Source: Pseudomonas aeruginosa (GTDB taxonomy: Bacteria; Pseudomonadota; Gammaproteobacteria; Pseudomonadales; Pseudomonadaceae). From it: a DNA stretch of 32,000 nt. Below the pieces are notes generated by a model. It did no database searches. It was not told the DNA's origin and saw only the letters and a list, made by a program, of their open reading frames with translations. The stretch lies in assembly GCF_001457615.1 (NCBI RefSeq), contig NZ_LN831024.1, positions 1,920,001-1,952,000 of the forward strand. Direction: 5' to 3'. Positions 23,689 to 32,000 of this stretch are shown piece by piece (position 1 is the stretch's first letter; each line of letters begins with the position of its first letter). Both the position numbers and the translations under genes were made by a program.

Positions 23689-25368
23689 ATGAGCGAAAGC
23701 TTCGCAGAACTCTTTGAAGAAAGTCTGAAATCCCTCGACATGCAGCCGGGTGCCATCATCACCGGCATCGTGGTCGACATCGATGGTGACTGGGTCACCG
23801 TCCATGCCGGTCTGAAATCCGAGGGCGTCATCCCGGTCGAGCAGTTCTACAACGAACAGGGCGAGCTGACCATCAAGGTGGGTGACGAAGTCCACGTCGC
23901 ACTGGACGCGGTAGAAGACGGCTTTGGCGAGACCAAGCTGTCCCGCGAGAAAGCCAAGCGCGCCGAGAGCTGGATTGTTCTGGAAGCGGCTTTCGCTGCC
24001 GACGAAGTGGTCAAGGGCGTCATCAACGGCAAGGTCAAGGGCGGTTTCACCGTCGACGTCAACGGCATCCGCGCGTTCCTGCCGGGTTCGCTGGTCGACG
24101 TTCGTCCGGTTCGCGACACCACCCACCTGGAAGGCAAAGAGCTCGAGTTCAAGGTCATCAAGCTCGACCAGAAGCGCAACAACGTTGTCGTTTCCCGCCG
24201 CAGCGTCCTGGAAGCCGAGAACAGCGCCGAGCGTGAAGCTCTGCTGGAATCGCTGCAGGAAGGCCAGCAGGTCAAGGGTATCGTCAAGAACCTCACCGAC
24301 TACGGCGCATTCGTGGACCTGGGCGGCGTAGACGGCCTGCTGCACATCACCGACATGGCCTGGAAGCGCATCAAGCATCCGTCCGAGATCGTCAACGTTG
24401 GCGACGAGATCGACGTCAAGGTCCTGAAGTTCGACCGCGAGCGCAACCGTGTATCCCTGGGCCTGAAGCAACTGGGCGAAGACCCGTGGGTTGCCATCAA
24501 GGCGCGTTACCCGGAAGGCACCCGCGTCATGGCCCGCGTCACCAACCTCACCGACTACGGCTGCTTCGCCGAGCTGGAAGAGGGCGTGGAAGGCCTGGTA
24601 CACGTCTCCGAAATGGACTGGACCAACAAGAACATCCATCCGTCGAAAGTCGTCCAGGTTGGCGACGAAGTGGAAGTTCAGGTTCTGGACATCGACGAAG
24701 AGCGTCGTCGTATCTCCCTGGGTATCAAGCAGTGCAAATCCAACCCGTGGGAAGACTTCTCCAGCCAGTTCAACAAGGGTGACCGTATCTCCGGTACCAT
24801 CAAGTCGATCACCGACTTCGGTATCTTCATCGGTCTGGACGGCGGCATCGACGGCCTGGTCCACCTGTCCGACATCTCCTGGAACGAAGTCGGCGAAGAA
24901 GCCGTACGTCGCTTCAAGAAGGGCGACGAGCTGGAAACCGTCATCCTGTCGGTCGATCCGGAGCGCGAGCGCATCTCCCTGGGCATCAAGCAGCTGGAAG
25001 ACGATCCGTTCTCCAACTACGCGTCCCTGCACGAGAAAGGCAGCATCGTCCGCGGTACCGTGAAGGAAGTCGACGCCAAGGGCGCTGTCATCAGCCTGGG
25101 CGACGACATCGAAGGTATCCTGAAGGCTTCCGAAATCAGCCGTGACCGCGTCGAAGACGCGCGCAACGTCCTGAAGGAAGGCGAGGAAGTCGAAGCCAAG
25201 ATCATCAGCATCGACCGCAAGAGCCGCGTCATCAGCCTCTCCGTCAAGTCCAAGGACGTCGACGACGAGAAGGACGCAATGAAAGAACTGCGTAAGCAGG
25301 AAGTAGAAAGCGCTGGTCCGACCACCATCGGTGATCTGATCCGTGCTCAGATGGAGAATCAGGGCTAA
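23689..25368 (+). CDS. rpsA: 30S ribosomal protein S1
   Basis: [46 protein letters not shown]... with repeated S1 domains. 559 aa. Confidence 0.98.
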   Translation: MSESFAELFEESLKSLDMQPGAIITGIVVDIDGDWVTVHAGLKSEGVIPVEQFYNEQGELTIKVGDEVHVALDAVEDGFGETKLSREKAKRAESWIVLEAAFAADEVVKGVINGKVKGGFTVDVNGIRAFLPGSLVDVRPVRDTTHLEGKELEFKVIKLDQKRNNVVVSRRSVLEAENSAEREALLESLQEGQQVKGIVKNLTDYGAFVDLGGVDGLLHITDMAWKRIKHPSEIVNVGDEIDVKVLKFDRERNRVSLGLKQLGEDPWVAIKARYPEGTRVMARVTNLTDYGCFAELEEGVEGLVHVSEMDWTNKNIHPSKVVQVGDEVEVQVLDIDEERRRISLGIKQCKSNPWEDFSSQFNKGDRISGTIKSITDFGIFIGLDGGIDGLVHLSDISWNEVGEEAVRRFKKGDELETVILSVDPERERISLGIKQLEDDPFSNYASLHEKGSIVRGTVKEVDAKGAVISLGDDIEGILKASEISRDRVEDARNVLKEGEEVEAKIISIDRKSRVISLSVKSKDVDDEKDAMKELRKQEVESAGPTTIGDLIRAQMENQG

Positions 25369-25385
25369 GTCCCTGATCCATCATG

Positions 25386-25413
25386 AAAAAGGGCGGCCTA
25401 GGCCGCCCTTTTT
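25386..25413. terminator. Bidirectional Rho-independent terminator after rpsA
   Basis: Perfect palindrome AAAAAGGGCGGCCTAGGCCGCCCTTTTT. Confidence 0.92.
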
Positions 25414-25504
25414 CGTTTTCCCCTTCTTGGACCTGTTCAAAGACTGATCAGCATGCTAAAAGAGACCTGAGCTGATCTAGCCGCTTGAAAAAGAAGGGAA
25501 AACC

Positions 25505-25789
25505 ATGACCAAGTCGGAGTTGATCGAACGGATCGTTACCCATCAGGGGCAACTGTCCGCGAAGGATGTCGAGTTGGCAATCAAGACCATGCTGGAGCAA
25601 ATGTCCCAGGCCCTGGCGACCGGGGACCGGATCGAGATCCGTGGTTTCGGCAGCTTTTCCTTGCACTACCGCGCCCCGCGCGTCGGTCGCAACCCCAAGA
25701 CCGGGGAGTCGGTACGCCTCGACGGCAAGTTCGTGCCGCACTTCAAGCCGGGCAAGGAGTTGCGGGATCGGGTCAACGAGCCGGAGTGA
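25505..25789 (+). CDS. ihfB: Integration host factor beta subunit
   Basis: [70 protein letters not shown]... Confidence 0.97.
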   Translation: MTKSELIERIVTHQGQLSAKDVELAIKTMLEQMSQALATGDRIEIRGFGSFSLHYRAPRVGRNPKTGESVRLDGKFVPHFKPGKELRDRVNEPE

Positions 25790-25814
25790 CTCTGGCAGAT
25801 ACGAGGTTTTTTCA

Positions 25815-26069
25815 ATGCAATGGCTCGGGCGGATTTTGACTGCTGTGTTTGTGTTGGTGGTTGCGCTGGTGGTCCTGGTTTTCGTATTGGAAAATCAGAA
25901 TAGCGTCAGCCTTGCCTTCCTTGGGTGGCACACTCCTGACGGTCCGCTTTCTCTCTTCGTGTCTCTGGCTTTCATCCTCGGTGGGCTCGGTGGGTTGTTG
26001 AGTGGGGCATTGCTTCGTTTGAGGGGGCGTCGACAAAAATCTCTTCGCTCTGAATCAACCTCTCTATAA
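25815..26069 (+). CDS. LapA-domain (DUF1049) small membrane protein
   Basis: MQWLGRILTAVFVLVVALVVLVFVLENQNSVSLAFLGWHTPDGPLSLFVSLAFILGGLGGLLSG...; two transmembrane segments separated by the LapA-like ENQ motif. 84 aa. Confidence 0.85.
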   Translation: MQWLGRILTAVFVLVVALVVLVFVLENQNSVSLAFLGWHTPDGPLSLFVSLAFILGGLGGLLSGALLRLRGRRQKSLRSESTSL

Positions 26070-26453
26070 GTTCGTCCCTTCCGAACTAATTGCGTGCCAG
26101 CTCCGCAGTGGGTCTCTTCTTGCTGAAAAGGGTTGCTGCCGGCGGGTCGTAACCTCTCGTGGAAGGTATCCTCTGGCCTGCTTGACCCCATTTTTCTGCT
26201 GTGGGCACTAATCTCTGACTGTCTTGTCTAACATACGTCCGTGCATCCTGAATCGCGAGCTAGGCTCTGTTATCAGCGATTGGTGCGCTGAAGGTGTTTG
26301 CGTCGTATCCCTATCTCCTGGAGTCGATGGTCGCGACCGTGCGGCTTGTAATCTCGTAGCATGCTGTCAAAATGCAGCAGCTTCCTGATGCATCTCCACG
26401 TCAGGAGGGGGGCTGCCGCATGATGACTCCTTAACCCAAGAATTGGATCCGTT

Positions 26454-27518
26454 GTGACAGAAAAAAATTTTCCCTCCTATAAAGCCAAGAGCGGCGAGTT
26501 CGATCTGATAGAGATTATGAGTGGGTTGTGGTCCCTGAGATGGCTGATTGCTTTGCTGGCAGTGTTGCCCGTGTTGTTGGCTATTGTTTATCTATTCATC
26601 ACCAAGCCCGTCTATGAGGCTCGTGTCTCGACGCTGCCTCCTTCACTCAGCGATATAGCTGGTTTCAACTTGGGAAGATCGGAAAACGGGCTTCCCGCGT
26701 TTTCGGCAAATGGTGTCTATTCAATCTTCGTGCGAAATCTCCAGTCCGAAGAGACTCGCCGTCAGTTCTTTCGAGATGTATATATTCCTTCCTTGGAGGA
26801 GGGGGCTTCTGTTGGTTCGCGGGATCAGCTTTATGCGCTTCTCATGAATTCGGTAACTATTCAGAAGCCTAGCAAAGAGGATAGCGAGCGCTACACTGTC
26901 GTCATCGAGCGGCATGATCCTTCGCAGGCGGCGGAGTGGGGCGAGAAATATATAGGAATTGCAGTCAAGCGTTCCATGCAGGAAATGCAAGAAGGAGTAC
27001 GCCGCGAGTTTCAAGTGAAGAATCGCAATATACAGCAACAGATCGACATCTTGCGTGAAACTGCGAAGGCTCGCCGTGAAGATCGTATCTCTCGACTGAA
27101 AGAGGCGTTGCGCGTTGCGGAGGCCTTGAAGCTGGAAAATCCTCCGTTGATAGAAGGGCAGGTTGATCAACAGCTTTCCTCCATCATGGAAGGCGGACTG
27201 ATGTACATGCGTGGTGCCAAGGCTATTCGGGCAGAAATAAAAACGCTGCAAGATCGTGTCTCCGATGATCCTTTCATTCCCGCATTACGAGGCTTGCAGG
27301 AGAAGTATGCTCTTCTGGAGGGGCTGACGCTGAATCTCGATAAAGTCGCTGTTTTTCGTCAGGATGGTACGATAGAGGTGCCAGATGATCCCGTCCGTCC
27401 AAGAAAAGGCATAGTGCTTATCCTAAGCATGCTTGCCGGTGGTTTTTTGGGGGTTGCGGTGGCTCTAGCCATCCTTATGGTGAGAGGTGGGTTTAGGCGC
27501 ACGGTCGATGCTGCATGA
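26454..27518 (+). CDS. wzz: O-antigen chain length determinant protein (GTG start)
   Basis: N-terminal TM (LRWLIALLAVLPVLLAIVYLFITKPVYEA) and C-terminal TM preceded by Pro-rich PDDPVRPRKGIVLILSMLAGGFLGVAVAL, with coiled-coil centre. 354 aa; located between ihfB and wbp genes. Confidence 0.9.
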   Translation: MTEKNFPSYKAKSGEFDLIEIMSGLWSLRWLIALLAVLPVLLAIVYLFITKPVYEARVSTLPPSLSDIAGFNLGRSENGLPAFSANGVYSIFVRNLQSEETRRQFFRDVYIPSLEEGASVGSRDQLYALLMNSVTIQKPSKEDSERYTVVIERHDPSQAAEWGEKYIGIAVKRSMQEMQEGVRREFQVKNRNIQQQIDILRETAKARREDRISRLKEALRVAEALKLENPPLIEGQVDQQLSSIMEGGLMYMRGAKAIRAEIKTLQDRVSDDPFIPALRGLQEKYALLEGLTLNLDKVAVFRQDGTIEVPDDPVRPRKGIVLILSMLAGGFLGVAVALAILMVRGGFRRTVDAA

Positions 27519-27627
27519 GTTTTTTGCTTGTAGGGTCGGCAGAAGTTTATAGTCAATGGGATTTTCAGTTTTCAATCCATCGGATTTTGGTTGAGAACTG
27601 TTTTACATGAAGTGAGGTGCGCGTTAA

Positions 27628-28896
27628 ATGAAGGATCTGAAGGTTGCAGTTGTTGGGCTAGGCTATGTTGGTCTTCCGCTTGCTGTTGAATTTGGTAAAA
27701 AACGAACCGTTGTCGGTTTCGATATCAATCAGGGGCGAATCTCTGAACTGCGGCAAGGCATTGACTCTACTCTTGAAGTAGATGCGGCTGAGTTGAAAGA
27801 AGCGTCCGAACTGAGCTTTACTTTCAATCTTCAGGACTTGCAAAAGTGCAATGTTTTCATTGTGACGGTTCCTACACCTATTGATGAACATAAGCAACCC
27901 GACCTCACCCCTCTTGTAAAGGCCTCGGAGAGCATCGGAAAGGTTCTGAAGAAGGGCGATATTGTAATTTATGAGTCTACCGTTTACCCGGGAGCGACGG
28001 AAGAAGACTGCGTACCTGTTCTGGAAAAATTTTCCGGGCTGAGGTTTAACGAGGACTTCTTCGCCGGTTATAGCCCCGAGCGCATCAATCCCGGCGATAA
28101 GGAACATCGGGTCTCTTCGATCAAGAAGGTCACTTCCGGCTCTACGCCGGAGATCGCGGAGTTGGTTGACTCCCTGTATAGAGAAATCATCACTGCCGGT
28201 ACTCACAAGGCGAGCAGCATTAAAGTCGCTGAGGCTGCCAAGGTGATCGAAAATACGCAGCGAGATCTCAATATTGCTCTGATCAACGAACTCGCCATCA
28301 TTTTCAATCGAATGGGTATCGATACCGAGGCGGTCCTCAAGGCTGCCGGCACGAAATGGAATTTCATGCCGTTCCGCCCGGGCCTAGTCGGCGGTCATTG
28401 CATCGGAGTCGATCCATATTATCTGACTCATAAAGCCCAGAGTATTGGCTATCATCCAGAGATCATCCTGGCTGGCCGCCGTTTGAATGACGGTATGGGT
28501 GCCTATGTCGTTTCGCAACTGGTCAAGGCTATGCTCAAGCGTCGTATCCACGTGGACGGTGCTCGCGTTCTGCTTATGGGGCTTACATTCAAGGAAAATT
28601 GTCCAGACCTCCGCAATACCAAAGTCGTCGATATTGTCCGTGAGTTGGCGGAATACAACATACAGGTTGATGTTTTTGATCCTTGGGTGAGCGCCGAAGA
28701 TGCCATGCATGAGTATGGGATTACTCCAGTCGGTACGCCATCCCATGGCGCTTATGATGGAATTATCCTTGCGGTCGCGCACAGTGAATTCAAAAATATG
28801 GGCGCAGAAAATATACGAAAGTTAGGGAAGGCTGAGCATGTTCTCTATGATCTGAAATATCTACTCGATGAAGATAAGTCTGATCTACGCCTGTAA
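27628..28896 (+). CDS. wbpO: UDP-N-acetyl-D-galactosamine/glucosamine 6-dehydrogenase, WbpO-like
   Basis: [21 protein letters not shown] motif and [22 protein letters not shown] catalytic Cys motif. Adjacent to a WbpP-like epimerase. 422 aa. Confidence 0.9.
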   Translation: MKDLKVAVVGLGYVGLPLAVEFGKKRTVVGFDINQGRISELRQGIDSTLEVDAAELKEASELSFTFNLQDLQKCNVFIVTVPTPIDEHKQPDLTPLVKASESIGKVLKKGDIVIYESTVYPGATEEDCVPVLEKFSGLRFNEDFFAGYSPERINPGDKEHRVSSIKKVTSGSTPEIAELVDSLYREIITAGTHKASSIKVAEAAKVIENTQRDLNIALINELAIIFNRMGIDTEAVLKAAGTKWNFMPFRPGLVGGHCIGVDPYYLTHKAQSIGYHPEIILAGRRLNDGMGAYVVSQLVKAMLKRRIHVDGARVLLMGLTFKENCPDLRNTKVVDIVRELAEYNIQVDVFDPWVSAEDAMHEYGITPVGTPSHGAYDGIILAVAHSEFKNMGAENIRKLGKAEHVLYDLKYLLDEDKSDLRL

Positions 28897-28933
28897 GATC
28901 AGTTGTAAGCTTTGTGAGTAGACGAGAGGGAAT

Positions 28934-29959
28934 ATGATGAGTCGTTATGAAGAGCTAAGAAAGGAATTGCCGGCGCAGCCGAAAGTCTGGCTGATTACAG
29001 GTGTGGCGGGCTTTATTGGCTCTAATCTTCTTGAGACTTTGCTAAAACTTGATCAGAAGGTTGTCGGTCTGGATAATTTTGCTACTGGTCATCAGCGGAA
29101 CCTGGACGAAGTGCGGTCCTTGGTTAGCGAGAAGCAATGGTCAAATTTTAAATTTATTCAAGGTGATATTCGCAATCTGGATGATTGCAATAACGCCTGT
29201 GCAGGTGTTGATTACGTTTTACATCAAGCTGCCTTGGGTTCGGTACCGCGTTCTATTAACGATCCGATCACCTCCAATGCAACGAACATCGATGGTTTCT
29301 TGAATATGCTGATTGCAGCCAGAGATGCCAAGGTGCAGAGTTTCACTTATGCGGCAAGTAGCTCTACCTATGGAGATCATCCTGGTTTACCGAAGGTGGA
29401 GGATACTATAGGTAAGCCTCTTTCCCCTTATGCGGTTACCAAATATGTGAATGAGCTTTATGCCGATGTGTTTTCGCGCTGCTACGGCTTTTCGACCATT
29501 GGGCTTCGTTATTTCAATGTGTTCGGTCGTCGACAGGATCCCAATGGTGCCTATGCGGCAGTCATACCAAAATGGACCTCTTCGATGATCCAGGGTGATG
29601 ACGTCTATATTAACGGTGATGGCGAGACCAGTCGGGATTTTTGTTATATTGAAAACACCGTTCAGGCCAATCTGCTTGCTGCAACCGCGGGGCTTGATGC
29701 TCGTAATCAAGTTTACAATATTGCTGTTGGCGGGCGGACGAGTTTGAATCAGTTGTTCTTTGCGCTTCGCGACGGCCTTGCCGAAAACGGTGTGTCCTAT
29801 CACCGGGAACCTGTTTATCGTGATTTTAGGGAGGGGGATGTACGTCACTCTCTCGCTGATATCAGCAAGGCTGCCAAACTGCTGGGGTATGCGCCGAAAT
29901 ATGATGTATCTGCAGGTGTGGCGTTGGCCATGCCTTGGTACATCATGTTTTTGAAATGA
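28934..29959 (+). CDS. wbpP: UDP-N-acetylglucosamine 4-epimerase, WbpP-like
   Basis: [83 protein letters not shown] motifs. 341 aa. Confidence 0.93.
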
Positions 29960-30157
29960 TATTCACTCTGGTGCGTTTGGATGAAAGTAGCGTCGTTTCC
30001 AAGAGCGGCGCTATTTTTGCTTTTGAGAGTCGCCTGGTGCTCCAAGTGCTCAATATTAGGGGCGTGTGATTCTCTATTTTCATCGCGGAGCACTTTTTCT
30101 ATGATTGTTTTTTTATTTTTTACTCATTGTTTTCTCTTTTTTATGGTTTAGAAAAGT

Positions 30158-31582
30158 ATGCTGGGAAAACATAGTCTGGTTTATTTTTTGTTCAAGTCTT
30201 TTCCGGCGATATTGACTCTTGTCGGTCTTTCCGTTTTTACTCGTCTGTTAAGTCCGGGTGAGTATGGAGTCTATTCGCTGACAATTATAGTTGTTGGCTT
30301 CCTCAATACGGTTTTCTTGCAATGGGTGGCGCTGGGGGTTGGTCGTTATCTGCCTGAGTGTAGTGATGACCAAGCTCGGGCGAGGCTTCTTGGCACGGCT
30401 AGGGCCATTAGCTTCCTTGTTTCACTCGTTATCATATTCGTCACGTTCCTGCTTTGGGAGTGGCGTGAAGAGATAGGTTTCTCTATTCTTTATTATATGG
30501 TCGGTTTTCTTTGCCTGGCACAGGCTTGGCATGATTTGAATCTGAAGATTCAAAATGCGATCTTGCAGCCTCTGACCTACGGGAAAATGTTGTTGATCAA
30601 AGGGGCTGGAAGCTTCTTTATCGGTGTTCTCCTTGTTTATTTCGGGTTTGGCGTTGATGGTTTGCTGCTGGGTACGCTTGTGTCTCTGGTACTGGCGACC
30701 ATTTTCTTCCAAGATGCGTGGCGGGGAGTCAGTTGGGCGTTGGTAGACAAGGAGCAGTTAACCAGGTTGTTTGCCTATGGTGCACCACTGACGCTTACTT
30801 TCCTTTTTGCATTCATAGTCAATGCGTCTGATCGCTTCTTTATTGGGGCATTTCTGGGGGATGCCGCGGTAGGTGTCTACTCGGTGTCATATGACCTAGC
30901 GCAATATAGTGTTGGTACAGTGGCTTCTGTCGTTCACCTGGCGGCTTTTCCGCTGGTAATGGAGAAACTTTCCAAGAGCGGCTTGCCACAGACACAGGAC
31001 CAACTGCGGAAGACCTTTATTTTTATCTTTGCAGTAGTCTCGCCTGCTGCCTGTGGTCTGGCCATGGTGGCTCCGGAAATTTCAGGATCTATTATGGGCG
31101 AAGAGTTTCGTGAGGGTGCCCTAAAGATAATTCCGTTGATATCCCTTTCGGCTTTTCTGGGGGCCTTGAAATCTTTTTACTTTGACTACTCTTTCCAATT
31201 GGCTAGTGCTACACGAGTGCAGGTTGTGACAGTGGCGGTGTCGGCAGTGGTTGATGTTGTTTTTAATTTAATCCTTATTCCGGAGTTTGGGATAGTTGGC
31301 GCGGCGGTATCTTCTGTTATGGCGTTTTCCTCTGCAATACTAATTAGTATCTTCTTGGGGCGACGTGTTTTCCCAATGCCCGCCCTTCCGGGGAAAGATG
31401 CTATGAAAATTGCGTTGTCTGTGCTGTTGATGGCGGTGTCAGTTGCATCCTTCAGTTTGGAGAGTGCTTTTTTTGGCCTGGTTGTGAAAGTTGTCTTGGG
31501 GGGAGGGGTCTATTTGGCGGCAATGATTGCTCTTGATGTATCTGGCATGCGTACTTTCCTGAAGAGCAAGCTAATTCGATGA
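30158..31582 (+). CDS. wzx: Polysaccharide/O-antigen flippase (Wzx-type, MATE/MOP superfamily)
   Basis: GLSVFTRLLSPGEYGVYSLTIIVVGFLNTVFLQWVALGVGRY... with many hydrophobic helices. 474 aa within an O-antigen cluster. Confidence 0.85.
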   Translation: MLGKHSLVYFLFKSFPAILTLVGLSVFTRLLSPGEYGVYSLTIIVVGFLNTVFLQWVALGVGRYLPECSDDQARARLLGTARAISFLVSLVIIFVTFLLWEWREEIGFSILYYMVGFLCLAQAWHDLNLKIQNAILQPLTYGKMLLIKGAGSFFIGVLLVYFGFGVDGLLLGTLVSLVLATIFFQDAWRGVSWALVDKEQLTRLFAYGAPLTLTFLFAFIVNASDRFFIGAFLGDAAVGVYSVSYDLAQYSVGTVASVVHLAAFPLVMEKLSKSGLPQTQDQLRKTFIFIFAVVSPAACGLAMVAPEISGSIMGEEFREGALKIIPLISLSAFLGALKSFYFDYSFQLASATRVQVVTVAVSAVVDVVFNLILIPEFGIVGAAVSSVMAFSSAILISIFLGRRVFPMPALPGKDAMKIALSVLLMAVSVASFSLESAFFGLVVKVVLGGGVYLAAMIALDVSGMRTFLKSKLIR

Positions 31583-31703
31583 TAAGCAGTATGCCGACTT
31601 GCTTTCTGTTTGGAGGGGATGGGGCCCGGTTTGGTGGGGAGTGCCCAGAGCACTGCGATCTCCCGTTGGACAGGCGTGTCCAGGAATCAAGGAGGGGTAA
31701 ATC

Positions 31704-32000
31704 ATGATAGCGGAGCTCCCAGCAGTGCGGGTTCGGGCTTTTACCCAAGGTAGATCCGTTCCCAGTTCGAGATTTCGCGTGAAGGCTCTGCTCGAAGGGC
31801 TTGGCACGCGAGGTATCGACATGCATATGTCGGAAGCGCTGGTCTCTGCCTATCCTCCGCCTCGTCGACTGGATCGCCCGCTTTGGTTGCTGAGAGAACT
31901 GCTTCACCGCCTTCCTCAGGTAATCGGCTCTTACGGAAGTGACGTTGTGATCCTTCAACGAGAGCTTCTCTCGACAATTCCAACTCTTGAGTTTCTTACC
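31704..32000 (+). CDS. Probable glycosyltransferase, 3' truncated by window edge
   Basis: ATG at 31704 with GGAGGGG Shine-Dalgarno; frame open to window end (absent from ORF track because no stop): MIAELPAVRVRAFTQGRSVPSSRFRVKALLEGLGTRGIDMHMSEALVSAYPPPRRLDRPLWLLRELLHRLPQVIGSYGSDVVILQRELLSTIPTLEFLT. Confidence 0.65.
   Translation, partial: MIAELPAVRVRAFTQGRSVPSSRFRVKALLEGLGTRGIDMHMSEALVSAYPPPRRLDRPLWLLRELLHRLPQVIGSYGSDVVILQRELLSTIPTLEFLT

Noticed and set aside
23614-25032. 472-aa minus-strand ORF opposite rpsA
   Set aside because: Antisense shadow; S1 on the plus strand is unambiguous.
26070-26453. Possible JUMPstart/ops element before wzz
   Set aside because: I found no GGCGGTAG motif by eye in this interval.
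27658-28206. 182-aa minus-strand ORF opposite wbpO
   Set aside because: Antisense to a well-supported gene, no motif or ribosome binding evidence.
29845-30093. 82-aa minus-strand ORF in the wbpP/wzx gap
   Set aside because: No recognisable similarity or Shine-Dalgarno signal, and it overlaps the end of wbpP; treated as chance.

Overview
This window looks like Pseudomonas aeruginosa chromosome. It is a conserved housekeeping stretch that runs into the start of an O-antigen (B-band LPS) biosynthesis locus. Order left to right: zwf (partial)-pgl-eda (+); NUDIX hydrolase (-); rluB and a small secreted protein (+); GGEEF diguanylate cyclase, gltS, a formimidoylglutamase-like ureohydrolase, an IclR regulator, an SDR, mupP, ubiG and an MTA/SAH deaminase (all -); mtnA, gyrA, serC, pheA, hisC2, a tyrA-aroA fusion, cmk, rpsA, ihfB and a LapA-domain protein (all +); then a lower-GC block with wzz, wbpO-like, wbpP-like, a wzx-type flippase and the start of a probable glycosyltransferase that runs off the right edge. 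I found no CRISPR array, transposon, integrase, toxin-antitoxin pair, phage gene, tRNA or rRNA, and nothing that clearly forms a novel defence or biosynthetic system. The points most worth a second look are: the O-antigen island boundary with its long untranslated leader; a 42-codon ORF joined by ATGA overlaps to both the flippase gene and the next gene; a near-perfect operator-like palindrome upstream of the IclR gene; an Asp-to-Cys change in the metal-binding motif of the ureohydrolase; the strong promoter and long leader of rpsA; and several perfect intergenic palindromes.
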